Shown one piece after another: positions 50,024-63,707 of a stretch of 64,000 nucleotides of DNA (position 1 is its first letter; every line of letters starts with the position of its first letter). The DNA is taken from assembly GCF_040938485.1 (NCBI RefSeq), contig NW_027270917.1:1922001-1986000 (forward strand). The letters are read 5' to 3'. The notes below the pieces were generated by a model. The model made no database searches. It saw nothing but the letters and a program-made list of their open reading frames with translations, and was not told the DNA's origin. This stretch comes from Diadema antillarum (taxonomy: Eukaryota). A program made the position numbers and the translations under genes.

Positions 50024-53000
50024 CTATGAAATTTCGAAAGCTACGTTTGTGGCGCCATTGCGAGGCAGGACATCGTCTTCCACCGCGGTGCTGCCACCAC
50101 GCCCGTCCTTTCTCACGCCTTCTTCTCCTCCCGCAGAGATCTGCGCCAGCCTCTTACGGCACAGCCAGTACCTGTATAGGAGAGATGATATTCACATCTT
50201 CTGTTGATGTTGAGGATATAATGTGCGTGTTCCGTCTCTATGCTACCAAGAAACTTGCCTTATGAGTAAGTCTCTTACAGTGTTCGTTGTCAGTATATCA
50301 ATACCATAATGAAAAAGACACGATATCTACATGAGTGCAATATCTTGCCCCAAAGGCTTATCTAGATACAATGACAATAAAAAAAATGCTAGATAGATTA
50401 CCACAAAAGGAATCTAACCACACAGATTGTTTGATTTCTCATTGCATGTGAACACATTTTGTCACATTATAGGTTCATTTTTTTTCTTTTTCTACATCTC
50501 AACATAATGAATACTCTGAGTAACATGAATACGCACAATGTATACGTGGAAGTAAAGAAATATTAACATAAGTAATCAACATAAGTAATATGAACATATA
50601 TATTTATATATGATATACATATTTTTCTAATTTAACGACTTTATTCGGAATCTTCTGCATTGAGCATATATTACAAATGATATACAGTCATGTCTTTTTC
50701 CAACACAATTACAAGGCATACAGTGTACATCCGAACATAACTGAAGTCTATACGCATACAATGGGTTGTTAATAGACTAAAGAAAAGGAAAAGAAAAAAT
50801 TGGGAGCTGCATAGGACAATGAAACAAATGATCTGACTGAATTATGGTACATGATATATTGGGAATGTGAATGCAGAAGACTGTCGTCAAATAAGCATAT
50901 AGCTCGAAGATACGACAGCCTTGAAAGAAAAAAAAAAACGAATAAGGAAAAAGGAATAAATCGCTCACATGACTTTACCTGAAGATGGAGTAGATGAAGA
51001 CTGCGGCAGACCCTTCGCAGATGGTGACCAGGGCGATGGTGAGGATGACGCGCGCCAGGAGGTCCGCCTCGGGCTGCGGATAGAAGAGCGCTACAATGGT
51101 GAGGCCGAGAAGTCCGTTTTGGATGCCGGTCTCGAGGGCGATGGTGACAGAGGTTCGCACGTCTCGGCCGAAGATGCGGGAGACTGACAGGCCAAGGAAG
51201 GCTCCAAATCCGGGGACAACGATACTCGCCATCCAGTTCTGTCACAAGATGGGAAAGCAATGCAAATAAACAAAACAAACTTAAATTTGTTTGGCGAGCC
51301 ATCAAATTCAAATTCAATTTCAATTTCAATTTATTTTCATATTTTTCACAAATAGCACAGAAAAAAATATGATTGTACCATACGAAAATTTTACAGGGCA
51401 TGAATCAGATGAAACTTCACTGGAATATGCAACAGTTTGTCTCAGTATAAACACAAATGTCTGTATACATTAGAGTTGAGCTATGGTCATATTGCGAGAA
51501 ATATGATGGGGGCTGCGTAAAATCAAGCTTCTACAGCCGCAGGTCTCGTGTATAAGTCTCCGTAAGAACAATCATATTCAGGTAATTTTATGCCGGCAGG
51601 GCTCGACACCCAACTTCTTTACTGGTGGTCCGTTCGGGCCTATGAAAGTTTTAAATCTGAAATTTTGGTGGCCCGAAATAGATATGGTGTGGCCCGAAAT
51701 AAAAGCAAAAGTAACGATCCATTTTAAATCTTAGTTGCCCAATCGAGCCACCAAAAAGATAAATTTGATTGCCTGACACAATTTTTAAGTGACCCTTGCT
51801 AAGATGTAGAGCCCAGATATACGCATGTTTGAATAATCATTGAGCAAGTTTTGCACACTACGATCGCATGAAATGAAATGGATGAAATTTTATACACAGC
51901 AGACAACTTGTTTAAGAATAATCCCATAAACTTACCTAGGCTATATGGATACGCGGCTTTAATGCATAGATTTGATGTAGGAAAAGTTGTTGTTTTGTTA
52001 ATCTCCGAGCATGATGTGCAGATGTCTGCTTTGATATTAATCGTTAAAGAAAAGGATAACTTAACTTTATTTTTCTGATGACGCTTGATATCATATTCGG
52101 GTTTCCAGAACCAAACATCATCCTTGATTACGAACATTGCATGAGGTGTATTGCAAAGGAAGATCGAAATAGTTCATGTCAACTATTTTCTATTTCGCGA
52201 TATCCCTTAATGGCAAATTAGCAGGAAAATAGAATTGCAAATAGAGTACATATTTTGTTTTAACCATCCATTCGTCAAGAAACGTTTTCTTACATTGAAC
52301 GGCGATCGGGCGAAAGCGTAGAAGTCGCTTGGCACCGCAAGACCAATCGCAATAATAATCAGCAGGATCGCAATTGGTTTGATAACCAGTCGAGATAACT
52401 TCTTGAATCTGCAAACACATGAAAAACAAACAAACTTAAGTTATATTTCCAGATATGCTGTGGAGAAGATGCAGCTCTGGCGTACGAAATGATTAAAACG
52501 ACGAATTCAAAGAGAGGACAAAATGAATTTGAACAGACAGTCAGTTTCTTACGATTCCCTGAAAACAAATCCTGATTTTTTAAGTATGTATTTTACTTCA
52601 AAGTACTACCTTGCTCCACATCAACGAGGATTTAATGGGTGAATCATGATACTTAACATTCCAAGTAAAGGCTTGTTACTCAAAAGGATATCACACCAAA
52701 ATAATCTCATCAAGGCATCAGATATATTATATCAATACAATTAAGCATAGGAATACCACAACCCCTCAAAAGCATACGACTTGTAATATGTCACTTTGGC
52801 TGCCTCTGTGTGTCAAAATACCATCGCCTGCCATGCAAAGACTGCACTAAATGCTCGCTCTACGGATATCACACCTAAATTACCTGTTTGGACTGTTTAA
52901 ACATTTTAATATCCCTTTTTCGTCTGAATAATAATTGTATCAAATTTTCTTCGTTTGAAATCAGTGATGGAATTAAAATTTGAAAGAAGCATGAAACAGA

Positions 53001-54657
53001 ATAAGATAATTCTACATTTTTTAAAAGCATTGCTTAAGACTCCTATCTTGCACCCTTTATCATCTGTAAAAATTAGTTCATTTAAACATTTGGTGAAGAG
53101 AATAATGGACAATTACATGGCGTATCAATCTTTAAAGACAATTTGTTTCAACTATATTTCTTCTTTCTACCACGTTTTCCCGCTTCTACTATGTTTCACG
53201 GAAAATTAAATTTAGTGTTTAAACACAAGTGATAATTATGCAATGAAAATGGTTGACCTTGACACAGAATACCATTATCAGGAAAAGCAAATTGGTAGTT
53301 AGTCTCTGCATGCTTCTAAACACAGTATATTCGATGGCCAGTCTACACTTGTCATTATCAGTAAACATGGTATATAATGAAATCAACGTAAATTCAAGCA
53401 CATATTTTCCTGGGTTCATTCAATGTTTGTTCCTTATTTATATATTTTCCCCTTCATTTAGTTGAATTATTCATGTATTTCATCAAAGTACAATACATAT
53501 TGACACAGGAGAAAAAACTGAGTATTAAAGTCATCAAAGCATGGAAATGAATTACAAATGTAGGTGCAATGGCGCATGATAGGAACATAACAAAAGGCAT
53601 ATTCTCTTTTAAGGAATAACAGAACCAAGACATTCCCTCGATAACGAGGGAACAGTGTAATATGACGGAAAAAAACAAAATCACTTCATGTGAATACTAG
53701 TCGGTTTCAAGGTGAAGTGCGTCGTTGCTTTCTACGAAACAAGATTCTTTAAAACATACATAAACACTAAGTACTTAATGTCCATGGCAGTGACATGAAT
53801 TACAGATGTTTAACAGTAATTCATATTTACTTTTGAAATTTGTGAGAGAGTGCCATGCCGACGAAACAGGGAACGACGAGGTATAGGATCTGCTGGGCGA
53901 GGTCCCTGAAAGGAGTTTGCAGGCGGGAGCTGCCGGCGATGAACGGAGTCGCGTAGATGTACAGGTTCAGCGGCATCATGGCCAGGGCGAGCACGGTGGA
54001 GCAAAAGGTCATTGTGATGCTGAGAACGAGATCGACGTCGAGGAGGACGCTGAATATGTTGCTAAGCCAGCCACCAGGGCTGGTTCCCACCAGCACAATA
54101 CCAAGAGCTGTTGGAGCATCATCTCCTGGGTTTTTGTTGTTTAAATCGTCGGGAATTTTCCCAGCCAGGAATGAAGAGGATGAAGACAGCTTTGTATATA
54201 AGATTACTCCTAAGTAGGCCTATACTTTGTTTCATAAAAATTGCACTGTCTGATGACGCATAATAATTGTTAGATCGTACGACAGTCGATGACAAGTACA
54301 TTCAATGATATAATTTTGTTTCATGTGATTTACTTTACAAATCTTTACAGGTCTTACAGGTCAGATCAACCAACTATTTGATTACATATCTAACAAAAAT
54401 GATTTTCAATCCAATAGACAAACAACAAAGTTATTAGTACCATAAACAAACAGAATTCAAAATGATTACCATTGATAAGAGATTGTGCTGATATTGCTGA
54501 ATTGATTAAACTGGAAACTAAACAGGCTCCCCCCGTGCGGGGAAAAATCTACATTGTCACGCTACGCATATCGTGGGTAGTACAACACACTTATATTGTT
54601 AATTTATCAAAATATCAAGTTATGTACACTATGAGCTCCATTATTTGATATATACGT

Positions 54658-54716
<59 letters not shown>

Positions 54717-55822
54717 GTCTCGACACTAACGGTGGCCCGGTGGCCCGGGGCCACCAAAAATGAAAGTCGGGCCACCAAATTTCAAAACAGTTCAAATTTG
54801 GTGGCCCTCCTTGGGCCCTCAACATTTTTTGAAAAGTAGGGGCCTATGTCAATAAATTCGTAACTTTTTGTGCCGGAAATGCATAAATGCATGCAGTGAG
54901 TGTGTCATTGATTAAAGGAAAAAAAAAAGGACTTTTAATGTTTTTTATTGGGTTTTTTTCGGGCCACCAAAAATTTGAAATTGAAGATAGGTAGTTAGTG
55001 TGGAGCCCTGATATATATATATATATATATATGATATACGTATCACCGTGAAATCGGCAATGTGCAGGATACCTATTGCTCGGGATATAATTCTGCATTT
55101 CAAATAATCTCAATTACTATCAAATAGAACTGTTTTATGACATATCACCATGACAACGTAACATTTCTCATTGCTTTCGTAAAATTATGTGACTTCTTTT
55201 GCCGGTGTGCCTGATACGTACTTGCCAGAAGGAGAGCGATGACGAAAGTCGATGCCGGCATAATGACGAACTGGCAGACGAGCCCGATTAGTATTCCCCA
55301 CGGACGACGAACTCGCCGCCAAATGTCGCCGACCTCCATGCCTCCTCCCATCGAGAGGTAGCTCAGAATGAGCCATATCAGCAGCACGTAGACATAGATC
55401 TGTCGGATAAGCGTCGGCACACGTTTCACGCCGATCTTCTGCGAGCCTACCATCACGGCTCGCCCGTCGCCATCGACGTCGAACAGGACGTCAAGTGTCG
55501 CCAGTGAAATGAACTTGCCCTCGATCGTCACCGTCACGTTCATGGGGAAATCATCGCTCCGTGACAAGGGAATGATGGTGTTGGTTTCCTTTAGAATGAA
55601 ATCACTGACGCTCGATGACCGGAAAGTTAGAACGCCGTCTTCTATGATGCCGTGAACGGTTACGGTCACGTTGGCTTCATGCCCTTCGAAGACATAGACA
55701 GTGTCTTCAATGTAGGAGATGTTAACCGCACTTGCTGCACCGCTCTGTGCATGAACACCTCCCCCAAAGACGAGCAAGAGGATCAGTGCAGCTTCAAGGA
55801 TACTGTTTTCCAATGGCACCAT
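50024..55822 (-). CDS. SLC10-family cotransporter-like protein B2; 5 coding exons, 472 aa
   Basis: complement(join(50024..50171,50979..51238,52294..52408,53831..54125,55222..55822)) = 1419 nt, open. All introns GT-AG, with phases identical to B1; exon lengths 601/295/115/260/148 vs 601/292/115/260/190. Motifs GTSPGGWLSN and LETGIQNGLLG; C-terminus ...GATNVAFEIS*. Confidence 0.92.
51597..51816. mobile_element. Diverged relative of the 54714 MITE, in B2 intron 3
   Basis: Starts cagggctcgacac and contains ggtggcccg repeats. The right end is degenerate (tgtagagcccag) and no TSD is visible. Confidence 0.35.
54714..55010. mobile_element. hAT-like MITE inside (TA)n, in B2 intron 1
   Basis: TIRs CAGG(T/G)CTC(G/C)ACACTAAC match 15/17. 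Internal GGTGGCCCG/GGGCCACC repeats. The TSD cannot be resolved within the TA repeat. Confidence 0.7.
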
Positions 55823-58800
55823 TGTGTTAAGCTCTCAAAAGCCTATAGTGACCTAGATAAAATTTCAGAGAATAAAGAACTCGTAGTAAAGATGCCATCT
55901 TGTATTTATACGCTGCGTATACATAACTATGATATTAGTATACGCTATCATAGTCAAATATAAATCTTTGAAAGACATGTGCTCAAGGAAAATTCCCAGT
56001 CAGCGCATACATTGTAGGACTTGATATTACATGATATTATGGAAAACATAACAAAAATAAAACAATTTTACAAATCAAGATAATTATGATACAAACTGAT
56101 TCAAAATAGGTAAAAGAGCTGAACACCTAATCAAGCGGCATATACTGTGACGAGATATTACACAAGTGATAAACACTGAAGGACATAACATGCTAACATT
56201 ACTTAAGAAACAATAGTGACTTTATAAAATACATACAGCATTATATAATGTGACCTTGAGCCCTTCAGCACGGGATGCAAAGATTTCCACATGTCATTAT
56301 ACTCCATTTCACGATGTGATAATTTCATCAATAATACACACAAATTTTACAAGATCATAAACGTTTTTACAGTAAAACTTCATTTACGTAATTATATACG
56401 ACTAAAAGTGCTTTTCTGTTTGAGATGAAATCACGAATAATAGAAAGTGACAAACGAATAATGAACTTACTGTGTGTTTGAAACTCTACCTTGTGGTGCG
56501 CAACCGGCCAAGGACTAATTTTCGAAACACATCAAGGGCTCAGATTAAGTAAAATGCACAGGTTTACTGGGAATCTGAGCTTTTAAAGCTATAAGCCAAT
56601 TGTTCAGTAAAACGATGCAATCGACTGTTTTCTCTTTGATCAGATGTACCTGGAGTGTTACAAGTTTTCTTGACAACATCTAGGTGCCAATAATCTTTCT
56701 AACAAGTGTTACCATTATATTTGTTCTTCATGTCTAACAAAAGTCTTCCCTCAAATGCTCCTTTCGTGAAAACAAGAGCGGGCAAAGTAATCCAACAAAA
56801 AGAGACTTTTTCGAGATTCAAAGCAGAAATGATCATAAACGTAAATTATATACCGCACAATACTATTTTCACGTTTCTTGCACTGGCGCCGCTTGAGGAA
56901 ATTTATTCAGAAAGCTGTGAAAATGAACGCCAGGAGTTTGGTGTAAGGCGTTGTAGCACATGTTTGTCCACAGAGGTACCTTTTCCAAAAAAAAAAAAAA
57001 TATCACAACATTTTGTTGTAAAAGCTGTGAAAACGAACGCCAGGAGTATGGTGTCATAAGGCGTTGTAGGACACGTTTGTCCTAAGAGGTATTTCTTTAA
57101 TTTTTTCAAACCTATCATAACATTTTGATCTGAGGGAAAAATAGACATACTTGCTGTTGTGCAACTCCCGATTTTTGCTACAAAGTGTCAAAGGACTATG
57201 CCCCAGCGGTCACGACCGGAAAAGCATTCGTCACTTTGTATTAAAAAGCAGTATCCTTTGAGTATATTTTAACATAATCACGCAGGAAAAAAAAACACTG
57301 CAGGTTGTTGTTGCTGCTGCCGTCGTTGTTGTTGTTGTTGTTTTTAATTATTAGTTTGTAGGAGGTTGTGTAAGCTTATGGTAATGCGCTAAATCGTTTA
57401 CTCACGCATAGATTGTTTGTTCGTGTTTTTTTGCCATGATATGAACCATTCAGACATAATGTTTAAGCTGCGAGAAAGGTTCGTTACCCATTTCATTACA
57501 CTGTAATATTACTGCGTTGATCTGAAATGATCAACAACATTTTGTTGGATTGAAGTCAACATTTGAACTCTTGCCTGTCCTGTAAATGCATTGGGAGCTT
57601 CATTCGAAAACAGCTGTGGTATAAATTTTTAGCTTCATATTTCTTAGTTATAAAATACCATGGAAATCATGGATGTGGTAAGATTTTAGTATTTCTCATT
57701 GCCACTTGAGTGGTCAATTGCGTATAAACTTTATGGATGTATCATGGCAGGTTTAGTCATCTCACATTCCACAAGGCTGACTACCGGACTTTGATCCACG
57801 ATGAATATAGTTCGCCGAACCAGCCTTATTAAACTCCATTCCAGAGAGTCCTGTGTTGCATAGGCAACCAAATTAGGCGTGTCACGACTTTAAGGTGAGA
57901 GCTCTAAATCTCGTTTCTGCGCAGAAGGTACCAGTTTGGCGTAAAAACGCCCAGTTTTATGGCAACAGGCGCCAGCAGTCTTTCCATCAGGTGCTTGAAA
58001 AAAAGACCAAAAATAGTCCCGCCATTCCCATTGTTCGATGGAAGCATGCGCTCTAATCGGCGCCTAATGGCTTTGTTGCAATGGCACAAGGAACATAGAT
58101 TGTGCAATTGGGAGGAAATAATGTGTTTACATATTCAAGGTGTTTGGAATATGAATATCACGGATGCAAAAATAGGAGTATCGGGTCATCGACCTGCGCT
58201 AACAGGGGATCTGATAGAAGAGGAAAATCGTTATAACATGATACGATAGTCAAACAATAAGAGCCGACCTAAAACAGGTAGCTGATCCTTCGATATTACC
58301 GAACTAATGACCTATAGTGAAAAAAAAAAAAGAGGTCATTCTTGACGGAACAATCATAAAATTGCGTCATCATTGAACGAAATGGTCTTGATGCGAATAC
58401 TATAGCTATTCAGATTTCGGGTTTACATCGCTTTTCGATTTTAACTGTAATTCATCTATGATTCAAGTGTTCTAGAAGTCTATGACATAGTGCGGATGAA
58501 CTTTCCATTGTTTCAAATCACCATGCCAAAAATATACGCTCGTGGTGTATCAATGTTTCATATATAGCTGTTGTCATAATGCGCAAGCACAATGGTTGTT
58601 GATTTGATTTATCCAATCATTTCTTGAAAGTGTGTTTACTTTGATGTTTGAGTGTTTACATAAATGCATCACAATATCTTTCAGGCATAAGCATTGGACA
58701 CATGGCCTTTATCTTTATGTGTATTGAGATTCTGCTGTATTGTATTTTGCTCATTTGCTAATTTTGAAAGCTTTATTTTACAACTACAATTTGACAAAAC

Positions 58801-59559
58801 ATAATCGTGCAGTCCTCATTCACACAAAACAGCAGATATTCTTTCATTCGGGTTCAGTATTACGATGTTACTCTGTGAACATTGTATCCTAATTTCTTTG
58901 TATGGACACGCTCAAATTCTTCATAACGATAGCAGTCTGACATAAATTGATTGCATGTTGATCGTTTCTTATCGGAGGAGTAGCTCCTGGTTTATTAAAT
59001 ATCAAATAAACTTTTATCACTTTATGGCCCCTTCATCACGTCCGTACTTTGAACTCCAGGGCTGTGTTGGATTAGACCATTGGGCTTGAAGTCCTCCACC
59101 CTATTTTCTTCTCTTTTTCCTTAACTTTTGTTTTTCAATTTATTTAATTTCATTTCATTTTTCCTTAAAAAGATTTTATGGTGGAAATTGAGGGGGAATC
59201 AATGGTATATTGCAGTGGTTATCATGGTAATGACGTTCGAAATTTAGCATTCGTTTCTAATTTAGCTTATTGTGAAACAACATTTTACTCAAGTACCGTT
59301 ATTTTGTCACTTAACACAAAAACCCTTCTTATTTCTTTTCTTCCATGCATATGATACTTTTTCAATCAATTCTTATTGTGAGTGTTTTTTCATGTTAATT
59401 TTGTTTTGCTTGTTTTATATCCGTGTGAAAACCAATGCATATTTTACGTGATTATTAATAGGTTTGGAGTAATCATAACAACACTGTAAAAATCATGTGA
59501 AATGGATTTCGGTTCTGTTTAATCTGAACTTTAAAAAGCAGAGGATAAGGGGAAAGTTG

Positions 59560-59720
59560 TCGAAAATAATCAGATGTGTCATTATAAGCTGCTGCAGCTC
59601 TGTATGAGAATGATCTCTTACAATAATTTGTTTTAGACTGTGGTAGCTGTAAATCGTTTTGATTACGATGAGAGAAGGGCGATGTCTTGTTCTTGAACAT
59701 TATCTTTCTTACATTCCGGG
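59560..59720 (-). mobile_element. CR1/L2 LINE RT C-terminal remnant
   Basis: RNQNDLQLPQSKTNYCKRSFSYRAAAAYN within ORF 59473-59730. Confidence 0.65.
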
Positions 59721-60439
59721 ACCACGTCATTCATAATCTTATTTATGAATGAAAGCAAATGAATCTTTTGTCTTTTGGTTACTGTTTAAAAGAGTGAGTG
59801 AGAGAGACAGAATTACAAGATATCATATCACCCCGAGGCCGTCATCCCAGTCAAGCAGACTACCTGTTGATGATGGTCTCCTCCGCTTGTTCCTTAAGAT
59901 ACAATAGAAAATGAAGGGGACCTTGTAGACACGTAATGATATAAACTTCCGTTTAAGTACGTACTCTTTAAGGACTATACCTTTTTGATGAAAACGCATT
60001 TTCGATTTGGTATGATTATGATTTAATGTGCACAAATGGGGAAGTAAAACAGATGAAACAGTCAGATAATATGTAGTTTAGTCCCATCGTTTATAGCATT
60101 CCAGATTTAAAAAAAAAAACAACAAAAGTTGTTCACCGAAGAAACTTTCGTTCTTAAGCAAACAGTAGTAGAATAGTAATTGCTAAAAGACGATCAGTAA
60201 TGTATACATTTTGACATAAAAACTGTTCTCCTCCAGGAAACAACACCCCCCCCCCAAAAAAAAGGCAACGTCTACAAACTTAAGGAAAATAATTCTTGTG
60301 TCCCATCTACATTGCAAGGCCAAAGGAAACGGATTAGGTAAATAACGGTGGCATATTGCTGAGTTTAATGAGATTTTGCAATGTTGCTAGGTGATCGAAA
60401 TATGTTTTTTATGGGGTTTTTTTTTGCACTCGTGCGTGC

Positions 60440-60481
<42 letters not shown>

Positions 60482-61486
60482 CTGTGTCTCTGTCTCGCGC
60501 GCAAAATTTGTGCTCGTTTGTTGGAGAGTAGGAATGCAATATTTAGTGAATTGACACTATAAAAGTAGATTTAATCTTGCCGCCTATTTACTTTTCTTGC
60601 CACAAGACAAAGCCATAGAAACTCAGCACTTTTAAGAGCCACCTAAAATATCTCTCGAGTAAACAAGAAAAAAAAATCAACTACACAGCTGACAAATCTT
60701 ATTACCATGAATATCATATAAAGGAGCAAACTTCACCAAGGCGGTCATATTGTGTGAGATACGGCTTTCCCATTCAACATTAACTTTAACTGAGAAACTT
60801 ATACTCTGGAGAATAATCATAGTTAGGGGTTGACATCCTCTCAAGTTCTTTGCATCGGAGAAATCGAGTGGCAAATAAAGTTCTTGTTTCCTTGGCGATA
60901 TTTCTAGTAATGTTCAAATTTCGGTGACGAAAAGTGGTTTCTGGTGCTCTAATTTCACCTGGAGTTCTCATCATTCATGAGAATATTTACTTGAAAGGTA
61001 CAGTGATGTGACACCTTGTTATGGGTATGATTTCTTTCATTCGTGTTGCTTTTAATGGTAAGATGTTTGTATCGAGGTACACATATCGTTTCATAGTGTG
61101 ATGATGCATGTAACTATCAGTAACAGATTACAGTATTGGTGTCTGTTTAGTCAAGGGAATTCGTTTTTAGTGTTGAAGGTGTCAACAATTTTGCAACATT
61201 TGAACCGCTTCCAACGTATCCATGTCTTCATGATCATCCTAAGTTATTTGCCTTCCATAATATTTTGCAGATACGATGCTTTCAGATAATTCATTCCCGA
61301 CGTGAAGAAAATGAAGTCTAGATGGCTATTAGATATGTGATGGAAAGCTATATGTATGGCTGAGCATAATCATTCTGGTATGAGATTAAAATATCTCGTA
61401 TCTGGGTATACCCCCTCCCCCCAGCATACAGATAGGTAGTGTTTTATTCAATCATGTTGAGAAAGAAGGTGTCTGTCATATTAATA

Positions 61487-61645
61487 CAGTCAAACCTGTC
61501 CATAGCGTCATCCAAGGGAGACGAAAAAAGTGGCCCTTATTGACTGGCAGCCGCTGTATACGGGGTTTCCAGCATGTCTTCCTCTCGGAGGGAATTGTTT
61601 TTAGGGGCCACATACGGCAGGTGGCCGCTAAAACAGGTTTGACTG
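61487..61645. mobile_element. Tigger/pogo-like MITE (159 bp)
   Basis: Perfect 13-bp TIRs CAGTCAAACCTGT, with TA on the left and TG on the right (probably a mutated TA). Confidence 0.75.
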
Positions 61646-61772
61646 TGCTCTAATTCGTGGCATTTATAATTGCTATATAGGTACAAGAGTTAGTGATGAA
61701 TATGATCAAGATTTCTTTTTTTTTTCTGTCATATTTCAATGCAGGGCAGTTCTGTTGCAAAATTTGGCAGAC

Positions 61773-63384
61773 ATGACGACTCGATTATCTTTTACCATCG
61801 TGACAATCTTCCTAGTCGTGATCGCCCTTTTACCAACTACGACCCGTGGGCAATGTGACAGTGATGGGTTGGTAAATATCACCTACTTCGAAGACACTGT
61901 GTACGTATTCGAGGGCGAGGAGATAAACGTCACGATTTTGGTTAACGATGTGAAAACGGACGGCAGACTCTCCTTTTCGGCACAAAATGATGGCTACTTT
62001 GAGGTGGTTGTCGACCGAGATTACCAGGTCGAGACCTCGGATGATTTTGAACCGTTCAACATAACGGTGCCCTTGCTGGGTAAGGCGATCTCCATCAGCG
62101 ATCTCCTTATCGAGTTCCGGACGACTCCGGACGTCAGCACACCCTTACTAGTTGGTGCGCAGACGATTGGGGTCAAGCGAGTGCCCGTGATATTGCAGAC
62201 GATCTACATCTACGTGCTGATGGCGTGGGTAGTCCTCAGCTACCTGTCCATGGGCGGGAGCATGGACGTCCCAGCGATCTGGCAGCGAGTGCGCAGACCA
62301 TGGGGCGTCATCATTGGAATCTTTTCCCAGTTCATCGTGATGCCAGCAATGACTTACTTCATAGCAAGGCTGTTGCCAGGTATAGAGTGACAAGCAGCAT
62401 CTATACAGTGTACTATGACAACTAAAGCGTATGTGTATGTGTGCGTGTGTGTGTGTTTATGGCGGGTGTGCTCGGATAATTGTTTTTGAATCGCATATTA
62501 TGATAACAGTATTATGATTCTGCTGGCGAGAAAAAGAAAACACACTCAACATACCCACGGCAATGAAAGTAGCAATGACACATACTTCCTGTCATCTCCA
62601 AGAAATAATAATTAAGAGTATTCATTCCATTACTAATAATCATCGCAGCATCACCTACTTCCCAGCTAGTTCTGACATTTGCCACCAATGAAGAAGGTAC
62701 TAAAATTACTGGTCATGATTATCATGGCAATAGTAGAAATTGTTATGATGATAATGATGATGAATTACTCTGTCCATCAAAAATGTTCAGATGCACAACT
62801 AATATGTCCCGAGGACCATCGTGCCAGATCTTAAAAGCATTATCACATAACCATCACGATATGAAGCACGATATGAAGTTGTCCAAAGGCATACAACTTT
62901 CCTTCGTTTAGGTATTCTTTAAAAATAATTATTGTCAGATACTTGTCTTCGAATACCAGGCACTTTTCACAAGTTAAACCCATCAGCAGTAAGAACTTGT
63001 CATCAGCTATCATTAGTTGCAGAAATATCACGCAAGCAACTCTTCAGTCATCAGTGACGACGGATTTTGTGATTGTTTTACCCACCCAGGCGATGATGCC
63101 AGCATAGCCATCGGCATCGTGCTTGTCGGCACCTGTCCTGGAGGCTGGCTCAGCAACATCTTCAGCGTCCTCCTCGACGTCGATTTCATCCTGAGCGTGA
63201 CGATGACGTTCTTCTCCTCCATCATCGCCTTGGGAATGATGCCGCTCAACCTCTTCATCTACTCCACGCCGTTCACGGACGAAAACTCTCGCCTGAGTAC
63301 TCCGTACCAAGACTTGGCGATTCAGCTCATCCTCCTGATCATACCGTGCTTTCTCGGGATAGGAATATCGTATAAATATCCAAA
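61773..63384 (+). CDS. SLC10-family cotransporter-like protein B3; coding exons 1-2, gene continues beyond the window
   Basis: join(61773..62379,63090..63384), with GT-AG sites and phases 1 and 2 as in B1/B2. Signal peptide MTTRLSFTIVTIFLVVIALLPTTTRG; motif GTCPGGWLSN. 5'UTR acceptor at 61743-61744. Confidence 0.9.
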
Positions 63385-63707
63385 GTAAGTGGATATTTTC
63401 TTCTTTGTTTTTCAACCCCTTTCGTTGTTGTTATCTTATATTTCATTAGAATTCCCAGTTTCTATCATCTAATACATTATTTTCGCTCAAATTAGAGTTA
63501 GACATTTTGGAGGGAATCGTTTCAATGAATGAAGGATCTTACTGCGATCGTTATGATCGTGAGAACATTCAAGCGCAATTGCATTTCGAAATAGTTACGA
63601 CGATTTAGTAAGGCGGTCGTAAGATAGGTGTTGCCGTCGTGCGCAACTGTAAATGACATTTCCAGTCAATTCATTTTCAATTCATTTTCCATAGAACAAA
63701 GTGTAGG

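Noticed and set aside
56905-57095. Two ~110-bp direct repeats between B2 and B3, plus small tandem duplications at 15796-15834 and 31495-31562
   Set aside because: No TIR/TSD or conservation could be established; they are probably TE remnants or slippage products.
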